A stretch of DNA of 64,000 bases from NCBI GenBank assembly GCA_036918135.1, contig JBALDB010000007.1, positions 393,340 to 457,339 of the forward strand, read 5' to 3'. A model generated the notes under the pieces. That model saw only the letters and a list, made by a program, of their open reading frames with translations, searched no databases and had not been told where the DNA came from. Within the stretch, counting starts at the first letter, position 1, and each line of letters starts with the position of its first letter. Shown piece by piece: positions 1 through 10,575 of the stretch. Source of the stretch: Nostoc sp. (GTDB lineage: Bacteria; Cyanobacteriota; Cyanobacteriia; Cyanobacteriales; Nostocaceae). Both the position numbers and the translations under genes were made by a program.

Positions 1-383
1 TAATCTACCTGGCAACTGCTATATTTGTGAAAATTCTGAGATTGAGATACCCGATATATTAAATATGTCGGGTATCTTGTTGATTGCATAAGTATGGCTA
101 TGTATGAAGTTAAAAATCAGCAATCTAAATTTATACAAAAATTATAATTATCAGCTTGAGAAATTTTATATCTGAAGAAGTTGATATTACTTTATAAATA
201 AATATCAATCAGCTAAAATTTTTATAAAATCCGAAATCAAAGCATCAGTCATCAGGCAGAATTGAGTTGGGTATTCTCTAGAAGTAATTCCGGAATTCTA
301 AGGCTTTGGTGGAGCTTTCCTTGCTTTGCTCCTAAATTTCCCAATTATTCTTCAAAAAATTCTCTCTCAAATTTGATGAAAGA

Positions 384-1031
384 ATGAAATATAACAGCAT
401 TAATCAACTCTTCAGAAATAATCAGGCTTGGGTTACCGAAAAGCTGACTTTAAACCCGAATTACTTTGAAGAATTATCTAGTGGACAAACACCACCCTTT
501 CTGTATATCGGTTGTTCTGATAGTCGTTTGCCCTTAACAAATTTTACCCGTACAGAGCCGGGAGAGTTATTTGTACATCGTAATATTGCTAATCAAGTTT
601 CTCTAACAGATATGAACTTCTTAGCTGTTTTAGAATATGCAATTATACATTTGGAAGTGAAACACATTATTGTTTGTGGTCACTCCGATTGTGGAGGGAT
701 TAAGGCAGCTTTAGAATGGAAAACTATCGGAATTATTGATAACTGGGTAAATCCGATTCGGGAATTATATTTACGCAGAAAAGCAGAAATTGATGTCTTG
801 CCAACACGAGAAGAACGTCTGAATCGATTGGCAGAAATGAATGTTGTAGCGCAAGTGAAAAATCTATACCAAACTTCGATAATGCGTCAGGTACTTTATA
901 CCCAAAAAGCGCCTTTAGTTCATGGCTGGGTACTGAATATAAGCAGTGGGTTAATCAAAGATTTGAATGTCTCAACTCTGGAATGGCAATTGCATAACTG
1001 CCCCTTGCTTATGGGATGGAATATAGACTAG
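384..1031 (+). CDS. Beta-class carbonic anhydrase (Can/clade A-like, no signal peptide)
   Basis: Zn-ligand motifs GCSDSR and CGHSDCGG; PGELFVHRNIAN. Confidence 0.93.
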   Translation: MKYNSINQLFRNNQAWVTEKLTLNPNYFEELSSGQTPPFLYIGCSDSRLPLTNFTRTEPGELFVHRNIANQVSLTDMNFLAVLEYAIIHLEVKHIIVCGHSDCGGIKAALEWKTIGIIDNWVNPIRELYLRRKAEIDVLPTREERLNRLAEMNVVAQVKNLYQTSIMRQVLYTQKAPLVHGWVLNISSGLIKDLNVSTLEWQLHNCPLLMGWNID

Positions 1032-1411
1032 TACCGATTGGCAAAATTTATAATTAGTAATTCGTAATTACAGTTGCCTAATGGTTTTAAACATTTTAAA
1101 TCAGTAACGTGATTTAGCCGAACTGTAGTAGTTGCTGATACCAAATCCAAGACAACAAAACTTGGGCATTGGGAGTGCTAAGTTAAAAGCGATGAGTTAG
1201 AAGTTATTAAATTACTCTTTCCCCACACTCCTCACACTTCCTCATCTCCCACTCTGTATACGCAAAAACTCCACCCCTAAGAGGATGGAGTTTTTCATTG
1301 CCTAATTGACATAGGGTAACAAGACACGATACATCATGATCGAGCCATTAAATTTTTTCAGATGAGAAATTTTTCTAATTCCCAACTTTACCAGTATCAG
1401 GAGGGGTGGAA

Positions 1412-2380
1412 ATGGATGTCAGCTTAATAATATCGAACATCCTGAATCCGCCAGTTCTGTTTTTCTTTTTAGGCATGACTGCCGTTTTTGTCAAGTCCGA
1501 TCTAGAAATTCCTCCACCAGTCCCGAAACTGCTTTCGCTTTATCTGCTATTGGCGATTGGTTTTAAAGGGGGGGTAGAACTGATTAAAAGCGGAATCACT
1601 CAGGAAGTAGTTCTCACACTCATTGCAGCCATGTTGATGGCTTGTTTTGTCCCTATTTACACGTTTTTTATCCTCAAACTGAAGCTAGATATTTACGATG
1701 CTGCGGCGATCGCCGCAACATACGGTTCTATTAGTGCTGTTACCTTCATCACCGCTAGCTCCTTTCTCAACGAGCTTGGTATTAATTTTGATGGCTACAT
1801 GGTAGCAGCCCTCGCCTTGATGGAATCTCCCGCCATCATAGTTGGTCTGATTTTAGTGAATTTGTTCTCTCTCGATGAAAAGCGAGAGTTTGCCTGGAAG
1901 GAAGTTTTGCAAGAAGCATTTCTTAATAGTTCAGTCTTTCTTTTAGTTGGTAGCCTGATAATAGGCTTCTTAACAGGAGAACGCGGTGGGAAGACTTTAG
2001 AACCCTTTACTCAAGGGATGTTTTATGGTGTTCTCAGCTTCTTTCTCTTGGATATGGGACTAGTGGCTGCCAGGAGAATTAAAGACTTGCAAAAAACCGG
2101 AGTTTTTCTAATTTCATTTGCGATATTAATTCCAATAGTTAATGCAGGCATTGGGTTGTTAATTGCCAAATTTATCAATATGCCTCAAGGTGATTCGCTT
2201 TTGTTTGCGGTGTTGTGTGCCAGTGCCTCTTACATTGCTGTGCCAGCAGCTATGCGGATGACTGTTCCAGAAGCAAACCCTAGCCTGTACGTTTCTACAG
2301 CTCTTGCAGTAACATTCCCGTTCAATATTATTGTGGGAATTCCGTTATATCTTTACGGAATTAACATGTTTTGGAGGTAA
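1412..2380 (+). CDS. sbtA: Sodium-dependent bicarbonate transporter, SbtA family
   Basis: Multi-TM protein with GFKGG, AATYGSISAVTF and ASASYIAVPAA motifs; AGGAGG RBS at 1399-1404 favours ATG 1412. Confidence 0.92.
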   Translation: MDVSLIISNILNPPVLFFFLGMTAVFVKSDLEIPPPVPKLLSLYLLLAIGFKGGVELIKSGITQEVVLTLIAAMLMACFVPIYTFFILKLKLDIYDAAAIAATYGSISAVTFITASSFLNELGINFDGYMVAALALMESPAIIVGLILVNLFSLDEKREFAWKEVLQEAFLNSSVFLLVGSLIIGFLTGERGGKTLEPFTQGMFYGVLSFFLLDMGLVAARRIKDLQKTGVFLISFAILIPIVNAGIGLLIAKFINMPQGDSLLFAVLCASASYIAVPAAMRMTVPEANPSLYVSTALAVTFPFNIIVGIPLYLYGINMFWR

Positions 2381-2384
2381 TAAC

Positions 2385-2696
2385 ATGCATCTAGTTAAAA
2401 AGATAGAGATTATTGCTAACTCTTTTGAGCTTGGCAAAATATTAGATAGCTTAGACAAGTCTGGCGTACATGGTCATGCTGTAATCCGAAATGTTGCTGG
2501 CAAAGGATTACGAGGAACGGCAGAAGATTTAGACATGACGATGCTTGATAATGTCTACATCATTGCGTTTTGTATGCCAGAAGAAATTAAGCGTGTTGTA
2601 GAAAACATTAAACCACTGCTTAACAAATTTGGCGGCACGTGTTACGTCTCAGACGTAATGGAAATTCGCTCAATGAAATGTGTTGCGTCGTTATAA
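2385..2696 (+). CDS. sbtB: PII-like regulator SbtB
   Basis: KKIEIIA..GKGLRG PII-like signature directly after sbtA; GGAGG RBS before ATG 2385. Confidence 0.88.
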   Translation: MHLVKKIEIIANSFELGKILDSLDKSGVHGHAVIRNVAGKGLRGTAEDLDMTMLDNVYIIAFCMPEEIKRVVENIKPLLNKFGGTCYVSDVMEIRSMKCVASL

Positions 2697-2711
2697 AAAA
2701 TCATAAATCCA

Positions 2712-3416
2712 ATGAAGCATTTCATGGACCGTCGTGGCTTTTTAAAGTTAGGAGTCACAGGAGCATTCGGGATAGTTTTAACTGCCAGTGATTTCCTCTG
2801 GCGAGTTGAACAAGTAAAAGCCGCAGAATTACCTCCTGAAACTCTTAGTCCCGATGCCGCATTGCAAAAGTTGATAGAGGGAAATCAGCGGTTTGTTCAG
2901 CATCAACCCCAATATCCCGATCAATCTGCGGCTCGGTTGCAGGAAGTTGCTCAAGCGCAACATCCTTTTGCAACTATCCTCAGTTGTGCGGATTCACGAG
3001 TACCCGCAGAAATTATTTTTGACCAGGGTATCGGAGACATCTTTGATGTTCGCCTTGCCGGAAATATTGCCACGCCAGAATCACTCGGTAGTATCGAATA
3101 TGCCGTTGTTTTATTAGGTACGCCAGTGTTGATGGTGCTGGGTCATGAGCGATGTGGAGCCGTAACTGCTGCTGTGAAGAATGAAGCGTTACTCGGTGAT
3201 ATTGGTAGCTTTGTTGAAGCAATTAAGCCTGTTGTCAAAAGTGCCAAGCTTCAGCCAGGGGACGCGGTTGACAATGCTGTGGTTGCCAACGTCCAATATC
3301 AAATTGCACGGCTGAAGCGATCGCAGCTTTTAACTGAGCGGTTACAGTCTGGTAAATTGAAAATTGTTGGAGGTCGTTACGATTTAGATACAGGAGGAGT
3401 AACTATAATTAGTTGA
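2712..3416 (+). CDS. Beta carbonic anhydrase with Tat signal (EcaB-like, exported)
   Basis: DRRGFLK twin-arginine signal; CADSR and GHERCGAV motifs. Confidence 0.9.
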   Translation: MKHFMDRRGFLKLGVTGAFGIVLTASDFLWRVEQVKAAELPPETLSPDAALQKLIEGNQRFVQHQPQYPDQSAARLQEVAQAQHPFATILSCADSRVPAEIIFDQGIGDIFDVRLAGNIATPESLGSIEYAVVLLGTPVLMVLGHERCGAVTAAVKNEALLGDIGSFVEAIKPVVKSAKLQPGDAVDNAVVANVQYQIARLKRSQLLTERLQSGKLKIVGGRYDLDTGGVTIIS

Positions 3417-3428
3417 TTAACCAAGATT

Positions 3429-3495
3429 ATTAGCGTATTCTCTCAATCAAATAATCTGATAATTAATTGCTTGAAGATTGAGAGTATCCGCTAAT
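3429..3495. terminator. Long imperfect inverted repeat after the CA/sbt cluster (possible terminator)
   Basis: ATTAGCGTATTCTCTCAATC ... GATTGAGAGTATCCGCTAAT. Confidence 0.45.
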
Positions 3496-3730
3496 ATTTT
3501 GCTTCTCAAGTACTTGCAAAATTAAAATAATGGTAAGAAAATCAATTTACGAACGGTGATTATTTATATTTAATAAATTAATCCAGTAATACTATTTTAT
3601 TGTTGTATATTTTAGCTTTTTACTTTTGTCTTATTGATTTCGTAGAGGCAATTGATAAATTACCTCTACGGAAATATTCTTCCAAATTACTAGTACCGAA
3701 ATTGGTACACCCAAATTACCATACAAACAA

Positions 3731-3889
3731 TTATTTCTTAGCAATTATCCACACTGCGTGAATAATTCCAGGAATGTAACCAAAAAGCGTTAAAACTATA
3801 TTAATCCAAAAGTCTATGCCAAAACCTACTTGTAAAAAAACTCCCAAAGGTGGCACGAAAATGGCACACAGAATCCGAACTAAATCCAT
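3731..3889 (-). CDS. YqaE/Pmp3-family small membrane protein (52 aa, missing from the ORF track)
   Basis: Hand translation MDLVRILCAIFVPPLGVFLQVGFGIDFWINIVLTLFGYIPGIIHAVWIIAKK; AGGAGG RBS on the minus strand at 3895-3900. Confidence 0.92.
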   Translation of the reverse strand: MDLVRILCAIFVPPLGVFLQVGFGIDFWINIVLTLFGYIPGIIHAVWIIAKK

Positions 3890-4034
3890 TTAAACCTCCT
3901 CTTAATCTCATCTAAGACAACTTGTTGGCTAAGTCCTTGACCACTGTTCAAGCATATTTATACTTCTTAAAGATAACATTGATCCTCTCAATCTATATTG
4001 CAGTTAAGATGCGGGAAACCGCACATATTCAAGA

Positions 4035-4382
4035 TTAGCCGCCGCTGATTTTGGCTTTATAACCAAGCTTGGTCAAAATCTCGACAATTTTCTGCTTGTG
4101 GTCGCCTTGAATTTCAATTTCGTTGTCTTTAATTGTCCCACCTGTACCACACTGAGTTTTCAACTGTTTAAGCAAATCTGCCAAAGTTTCTGGTTTGGCT
4201 TGAAAACCGCTAATCACGGTGACCGTTTTGCCTTTGCGTCCTTTGCGGGAAGCTTGCACTCTCAGATTTTGCTGTTGTGGGGGCAATTCTGGAATTGGTC
4301 TTTCTGTGGCGGCAGAGTTATCGCTACCAAATTCGCGGTAGACAAAGTTTTTATCAGAAGATTTGGAATTGGAAGAAGACAT
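4035..4382 (-). CDS. SUI1/YciH translation initiation factor homolog
   Basis: RKGRKGKTVTVI, CGTGGT, IEIQGDH motifs. Confidence 0.92.
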   Translation of the reverse strand: MSSSNSKSSDKNFVYREFGSDNSAATERPIPELPPQQQNLRVQASRKGRKGKTVTVISGFQAKPETLADLLKQLKTQCGTGGTIKDNEIEIQGDHKQKIVEILTKLGYKAKISGG

Positions 4383-4668
4383 AAAATATTTATTAATAAA
4401 AATTTCCAAGCAGTGGAAACTTCAATCTTAGGGTTCACAGATACAAACAACAACTGCTCAACTGTAGGTTATATAACCATCATATAACGCTGCCTCATCA
4501 GCTCTATTCCTGTACCAATGCCAATGCTTGATTCATCACACCGTCAGATAAATACATCTTACACAGGCGCAATTGTTCTATAAGTGTACGTGCAACAAGT
4601 ATTACCCCTCGTTATTTGCTAGACTTTCTTATAATAATTAAATTATTTTCTTCATTAAAATTCAGCCT

Positions 4669-5904
4669 GTGACTACCACTCCCCTCTCTACAAATTCAAC
4701 TGCTCAAGTTCCCGATACGCTAGGCCGCTTTGGACGCTTTGGCGGTAAGTATGTACCTGAGACGTTAATGCCTGCTCTTGCTGAATTAGAAGCAGCTTAT
4801 CAGCAGTACCGCAACGATCCGGGTTTTCAAGCAGAACTACAGCAGTTGTTGCGGGATTATGTAGGACGTGCCACACCATTGTATTTCGCTGAACGCCTGA
4901 CTGCTCATTATGCCCGTCCCGATCGCACCGGGCCACAAATTTACTTAAAACGTGAAGATTTAAACCATACTGGCGCTCACAAAATTAATAATGCCCTTGG
5001 TCAGGTATTGTTAGCAAAGCGCATGGGTAAGCAGCGAATTATTGCCGAAACTGGTGCCGGACAACATGGAGTAGCCACAGCCACGGTTTGCGCTCGTTTT
5101 GGACTGCAATGCGTAATATATATGGGCGTTCACGATATGGAACGCCAAGCCTTGAATGTGTTCAGAATGCGGTTGATGGGGGCAGAAGTACGTCCGGTGG
5201 AAGCGGGAACGGGAACCCTCAAAGATGCCACTTCGGAAGCAATCCGAGATTGGGTGACGAATGTAGAAACTACTCATTATATCCTGGGTTCCGTAGCAGG
5301 GCCTCATCCTTACCCAATGATGGTACGTGATTTCCATGCTGTTATCGGCGAAGAAACTCGCGCTCAAGCAATGGAAAAATGGGGTGGATTGCCTGATATT
5401 CTCATAGCTTGTGTAGGTGGTGGTTCCAATGCTATGGGACTATTTTTTGAGTTTATCAATGAACCTTCTATACGCTTAATTGGAATTGAAGCAGCCGGAG
5501 AAGGTGTCAATACCGAAAAACACGCAGCTACCTTGACAAAAGGACGAGTTGGTGTATTGCATGGGGCAATGAGCTATCTGCTGCAAGATGAGGATGGGCA
5601 AATCATTGAGGCACACTCAATTAGTGCAGGGTTAGATTATCCGGGTGTGGGGCCAGAACATAGCTATTTAAAGGATATTGGTCGCGCTGAATATTATAGT
5701 GTTACGGATGCAGAAGCTTTAGCAGCGTTCCAACAGTTATCGAAATTAGAGGGAATTATTCCAGCATTGGAAACAGCTCATGCAATCGCCTACTTGGAAA
5801 TCCTGTGTCCGCAACTAACTGGCAGTCCTCGGATTGTGATTAACTGCTCTGGACGTGGTGATAAGGATGTACAAACAGTAGCCAAGTCTTTAGATCCCGC
5901 GTAA
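4669..5904 (+). CDS. trpB: Tryptophan synthase beta chain
   Basis: [18 protein letters not shown]-lysine motif; [22 protein letters not shown]. Confidence 0.98.
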   Translation: MTTTPLSTNSTAQVPDTLGRFGRFGGKYVPETLMPALAELEAAYQQYRNDPGFQAELQQLLRDYVGRATPLYFAERLTAHYARPDRTGPQIYLKREDLNHTGAHKINNALGQVLLAKRMGKQRIIAETGAGQHGVATATVCARFGLQCVIYMGVHDMERQALNVFRMRLMGAEVRPVEAGTGTLKDATSEAIRDWVTNVETTHYILGSVAGPHPYPMMVRDFHAVIGEETRAQAMEKWGGLPDILIACVGGGSNAMGLFFEFINEPSIRLIGIEAAGEGVNTEKHAATLTKGRVGVLHGAMSYLLQDEDGQIIEAHSISAGLDYPGVGPEHSYLKDIGRAEYYSVTDAEALAAFQQLSKLEGIIPALETAHAIAYLEILCPQLTGSPRIVINCSGRGDKDVQTVAKSLDPA

Positions 5905-5939
5905 ATAAATATACGTCAAGCATTACGGAGAAAGCAACG

Positions 5940-7076
5940 ATGGATCGACAATTCCAACACGCTATGCTACCGAAAACCACTCAAGACGAGTTGGCGCGCC
6001 AAGAGTTTGTCCAAAGTTTAAAACTGCACATTTTTCGCAATCTCTCTCCTGGCAATAAAGTAGTTTATGAAAAATTAGCCAAACCAAAGTTTGAACAACA
6101 ACATCAGCGTCCTCCCCAAAATCGTTATGAAATTCGGGAAGTAATGCAAGACGAACCCTACTACCGCTGGAATAGTGTCCTGAAACGCATCAGCCAGGAA
6201 ATGTTATGGGATGCGGTAAATGCCAGCGTTGATAGGCAACTGCCAGAGTTGATTGAGCGTGCTAAAGACAAGCGCGATCGACTGGGTACTTTAACCCTCG
6301 ACCCAAACTTTTCAATACCTACTTATCAAAAGGCTGTAGACATCCACTGTATGCCTGGAGGATATCACAGCGAATTTACCGCTGATGATGTAGCGGCTGG
6401 CGCAACTTACGATCGCGGCACTTATGTTTATGGTGTAGGTTGGTTGGGGCCACTCAATGATGATATGGGGCTATCTATAGTCCAAAACTACCTTCTAAAA
6501 GAGTATCCCGACTTTCGACCCAGAAAAATTCTCGATATGGGATGCTCTGTGGGTCATAGCACATTACCCTACGTAGATGGTTACCCAGATGCAGAAGTCC
6601 ACGCCATAGATATAAGCGCACCTATGCTGCGTTACGCTCATGCAAGAGCGGAATCTTTGGGCAAACGCGTATACTTCTCTCAGCAAAATGCCGAACAGAC
6701 TAACTTCCCGGATGAATCTTTTGACTTAGTAGTTTCTCACATTTTGCTACATGAAATTCCGCCGCCAGTTGTCCGGAAAGTGATGCAAGAGTCTTATCGT
6801 CTACTGGCTCCTGGTGGGATGATGCTACATGTGGAAGCACCGTTGTATCGTCACATGGATACCTACACACAGTTTATATTTGATTGGGAAACTGCGAACA
6901 ACAACGAACCTTTCTGGAGTGCTGTACGCGATTTGGATTTGGTAGCACTAGCTACTGAAGCTGGTTTTGCAGCAGATAAGACATTTGAGAAATTTGTTCC
7001 TAACGGGGCATGGAAAGCTCAAAATGGTAACTCTAATAGCCAAGGTAGTTGGTTTGTGGTTGCTGCAACTAAATAA
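5940..7076 (+). CDS. Class I SAM-dependent methyltransferase
   Basis: ILDMGCSVGHS motif I; DESFDLV; LLAPGG. Confidence 0.85.
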   Translation: MDRQFQHAMLPKTTQDELARQEFVQSLKLHIFRNLSPGNKVVYEKLAKPKFEQQHQRPPQNRYEIREVMQDEPYYRWNSVLKRISQEMLWDAVNASVDRQLPELIERAKDKRDRLGTLTLDPNFSIPTYQKAVDIHCMPGGYHSEFTADDVAAGATYDRGTYVYGVGWLGPLNDDMGLSIVQNYLLKEYPDFRPRKILDMGCSVGHSTLPYVDGYPDAEVHAIDISAPMLRYAHARAESLGKRVYFSQQNAEQTNFPDESFDLVVSHILLHEIPPPVVRKVMQESYRLLAPGGMMLHVEAPLYRHMDTYTQFIFDWETANNNEPFWSAVRDLDLVALATEAGFAADKTFEKFVPNGAWKAQNGNSNSQGSWFVVAATK

Positions 7077-7172
7077 GCAGAGTAATTCGTAATTCGTAAT
7101 TAAGGAAGTCCGATTTTCTCTGGATTTCCTTATTTTGCGATCTAGCCTTGTTTTGGGAAATTTGGAGTTAGG

Positions 7173-7460
7173 ATGGCAAAAACAGTCAAAGGTAAACACC
7201 CAGTTTACTTAGAGAATCCGCAAATCGATAAATTGCTAGCGATGATTATGGCTTTGACTGGTGAAGTATCCGTACTACGCGATCGCTTGGACACCATCGA
7301 ACGGTTGCTAGAGGTTAAAGGTATTTTATCGATTACTGAAATAGAAGGTTATCAACCGGATGCCGAAGTAATTAATCAACGGGAAAAGTGGCGTGCAGAG
7401 TACATAAGGCGGGTCTTGCGCGTCGTGCAGGAAGAGTTACAAGCCCTCAGTCAAGACTAA
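7173..7460 (+). CDS. Small coiled-coil hypothetical protein
   Basis: 95-aa ORF with GGAG RBS; amphipathic ALTGEVSVLRDRLDTIERLL. Confidence 0.7.
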   Translation: MAKTVKGKHPVYLENPQIDKLLAMIMALTGEVSVLRDRLDTIERLLEVKGILSITEIEGYQPDAEVINQREKWRAEYIRRVLRVVQEELQALSQD

Positions 7461-7786
7461 TTCACACAAATTTTCCTTTGCACATAGGTTAGGCAAGATT
7501 TAAACTATTTTACGAAATTCGCAATTGATATGTAGGGGCGTATAGCTGTACGCTCCTAAATATGTCTAAATTCCTCAAAATCCTCAATTCTCAATCAAAC
7601 TAACGCTGATTTTTCCCAAGCTAGCCTATGGAACTATTGACAATTGCAAATGATTGCTTGTATGCCCTGTAAAGGATGTGGTCAAATTGCCGAAATTCAT
7701 CAATCCTTAATAGTATTCTCGTATATATTTTCAGAACTATAAGGTAGAGTATAAGTCTTATATCTCTACATATTACGCAATTCTCC

Positions 7787-8335
7787 ATGTTTCGACAAAC
7801 TGCTTTTGGCATCGCTTTAACTGCGCTTGTCCTTGCTAGTGGATTAACGACTGTTCCGATACCAAATCATACTTCTACAAATACATCCACCCGTAATAAG
7901 CTGTTGTCGCTTTTTTCTAGTCAGGTTGCAATATCAACTCCTACTTTTAAACCTACTGAGCTAGAAAAATCTGTTTTTGAGCAAATTAATCGATATCGAG
8001 CTTCTAAAGGGCTACCAAAGCTAACCCTAAATGCAAGCATTACACGACAGGCAAGAATTCATAGTCAAAATATGGCTCAAGGGAAAACGCCATTTAGCCA
8101 TCGGGGATTTGAAGGGCGAGTCAAAGCTATCACCATTCCTTACAACAGTGCAGCGGAAAATGTCGCTTTCAACCTGGGATATAGCAATCCCGCAGCCGAA
8201 GCTGTTAGTGGTTGGGTCAAAAGCCCCGGACATCTAAAAAATATTAAAGGAAATTACAACCTCACTGGAATTGGGGTTGCTACTAATAGTCAAGGCGAAG
8301 TCTACCTAACGCAAATGTTTTTTCATACTAGGTAG
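7787..8335 (+). CDS. Secreted CAP/SCP-domain protein
   Basis: Signal peptide; INRYRASKGL, HSQNMA, AENVA, WVKSPGHLKNI. Confidence 0.9.
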   Translation: MFRQTAFGIALTALVLASGLTTVPIPNHTSTNTSTRNKLLSLFSSQVAISTPTFKPTELEKSVFEQINRYRASKGLPKLTLNASITRQARIHSQNMAQGKTPFSHRGFEGRVKAITIPYNSAAENVAFNLGYSNPAAEAVSGWVKSPGHLKNIKGNYNLTGIGVATNSQGEVYLTQMFFHTR

Positions 8336-8423
8336 ATTTAATTTTTGATATTTTTGCACAATAATAATGTATTGTCTGACAAGACTTTTGTCTGCTGGAC
8401 ACTACATTATTTTTGAACCTTTG

Positions 8424-9053
8424 ATGACATTACAAGATTTTCAGGTGAGCGATCGCGACCTCAGTGATGCAGCCGTTAAAGAGTATCTAAAATCGACAGC
8501 AATTGCAGTAGATACAGAAACGATGGGATTATTACCGCAGCGCGATCGTTTGTGTCTCGTTCAGTTATGCAACCTAGAAGGAAAAGTTACCGTAATCCGC
8601 ATTGCCAAAGGACAAACTGACGCCTCAAATCTACAAAAGCTTTTATCGGCCGCGAATGTTGTAAAAGTGTTTCACTTTGCTCGTTTTGACCTTGCTACTT
8701 TGCGAGCCAATTTAGGGATTCAAGTTCACCCTGTTTTTTGTACGAAAATCGCTAGTAAGTTAGCCCGTACCTATACGAATCGCCACGGACTAAAGGATGT
8801 GGTGCAAGAATTAGAACGACTAGAACTGGATAAAAGCGCTCAAAGTTCTGATTGGGGTAACGCTGCTAATCTATCTGAGGCTCAATTGAGTTATGCCGCC
8901 AATGATGTGCGCTACTTACTTAGCGTCCAAGAGAAGCTTACCGAAATGCTCAAACGAGAAGAACGTTGGCAACTTGCTCAAGAATGTTTTGAATTTTTGC
9001 CAACAATAGTTTCCTTAGACTTGCTGCAATTTAAAGATTTATTTGAACATTAA
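8424..9053 (+). CDS. RNase D-like DEDDy 3'-5' exonuclease
   Basis: AVDTET, FHFARFD, SDW, YAANDV motifs. Confidence 0.9.
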   Translation: MTLQDFQVSDRDLSDAAVKEYLKSTAIAVDTETMGLLPQRDRLCLVQLCNLEGKVTVIRIAKGQTDASNLQKLLSAANVVKVFHFARFDLATLRANLGIQVHPVFCTKIASKLARTYTNRHGLKDVVQELERLELDKSAQSSDWGNAANLSEAQLSYAANDVRYLLSVQEKLTEMLKREERWQLAQECFEFLPTIVSLDLLQFKDLFEH

Positions 9054-9092
9054 TTATTTTAATTGATTGTTGCCTACTTTGTTGTGTTCAAT

Positions 9093-9186
9093 TACAACAT
9101 ATTTCAACAAGCATCAAGTACACCATCTAGCTCTAGTAGCTAATCACACAGCCTTTTCTAAATTAAAATTCACTAATTCTGCTGTA
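9093..9186. repeat. MITE-like short element, degenerate copy (related to 28605-28722 and 44197-44294)
   Basis: Ends TACAACATATTTCAA ... AATTCTGCTGTA; internal similarity to the 28.6 kb copy. Confidence 0.5.
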
Positions 9187-9449
9187 TGATTGAAAATTAT
9201 AAATTATTTAGTGATTAATTTATAGTTGGGTTAAATTTAGCTTTAGCTTTACCGAACAAAGCCTTAATAATATAGGAATATAGGTTCCGAAGACGTAAGC
9301 AAGCTATGCGTCTCAAACACCACTTATTCATCGGGGAGACCCCCTGTCCCTGCAGTGGCTCCCCAACCTTCGCCTACACCTAATGACTAGTTTTTCAGAC
9401 CATTTTTTGCCTCAGATCCGACATTCTAATCATCTGAACTTCTAAAAGT

Positions 9450-10208
9450 TCAAGATTCTTTAATGTCTTCCTTGATTTCATTAGCTTTATTTTGAACGCC
9501 TTCCTTAACTTCACCAGCTTTCTGTTGAAGGTCACCAGTTTTGTCTTGAACGCCTTCCTTGACGTCACCAGCTTTCTGTTGAATATCTTCCTTGACGTCA
9601 CCAGCTTTTTGTTGGATGTCTTCCTTGACATCACCAGCTTTCTGTTGAAGGTCACCAGCTTTGTCTTGAATACCTTCCTTGAGCTCGCCAGCTTTCTGTT
9701 GGATGTCTTCCTTGAGGTTACTGACTCCCTTTTTAATGCTTTCAACGGGACTAGCACCTCCCTTTGGCTGATTTTCTGCATGATTTTGTAGCCGAGCTAC
9801 CACATTGTATTCATCAGCACCTGCGGGAGTTTTTGATTCAATAATACCTTCCGTGGGACCACCAATCGCTTTCCATGCTTCAAGACCACCTTGAAGTTGA
9901 GAAACATGCTCAAATCCATTAGAACGAAGTTGTTGTGCTGCTTGGGCAGCTTCTTCTTCATTAGCACCATAAACATAAATATCACGGCTTTTATCCAAAG
10001 AAGCTACTGCACGGTCTACCAATTCATCTATTGACATGGGCATCGCTCCCATAATGTGACCTTCATTATAGGTTCTGCGATCGCGCACATCCAATATTGT
10101 AAAAGCTGGTTCACCCCATTCCAAACGAGACTTCAGCGTGTGAGCATCAGATTGTGCTTGTATTGGTGGCTGTGGGGGAATGATGCCGCCTACTAAATTG
10201 TTATTCAT
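9450..10208 (-). CDS. Rhodanese-domain protein with C-terminal LEA-like 11-mer repeats
   Basis: ILDVR..YNEGHIMGA, LQGGLEAWK; repeats such as KAGDVKEDIQQ. Confidence 0.88.
   Translation of the reverse strand: MNNNLVGGIIPPQPPIQAQSDAHTLKSRLEWGEPAFTILDVRDRRTYNEGHIMGAMPMSIDELVDRAVASLDKSRDIYVYGANEEEAAQAAQQLRSNGFEHVSQLQGGLEAWKAIGGPTEGIIESKTPAGADEYNVVARLQNHAENQPKGGASPVESIKKGVSNLKEDIQQKAGELKEGIQDKAGDLQQKAGDVKEDIQQKAGDVKEDIQQKAGDVKEGVQDKTGDLQQKAGEVKEGVQNKANEIKEDIKES
9493..9720 (-). repeat. 33-nt coding tandem repeat (with some shorter units)
   Basis: Repeated CACCAGCTTTCTGTTG..TCTTCCTTGA on the plus strand. Confidence 0.85.
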
Positions 10209-10575
10209 AACTATTCCTTACTGACGATATTAATAACAATTTAACAAATAAAGTATCTTCAATTGCTCTTTCGCGAGGATGAACATATTTAAAGTCTCTC
10301 TTGAGATAGACTTAGTAATTTCCTGAATTTATACCATTTAATAAATTGCCAATTTAGTCAATTAATACTATGAAAACCTAATATTTACTCTAAAAATAAT
10401 TATTTTTATGTTTCTAAAAATTGATAATTTAGCGTTATTTAAGAAAAGATTCATAATTTCATTAGTTAATTGATAAAACTTTTCATTTGAAAACGCAAAT
10501 GAGTTACCAAGAGAACGAAACCGAGGATAGAAGTCAGGATGCATTCTCTTGAAAAGTGACGCCCCTATGTTACAT

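Noticed and set aside
9395..9791. Alternative-frame ORFs over the LEA-like repeats
   Set aside because: Artefacts of the 33-nt repeat
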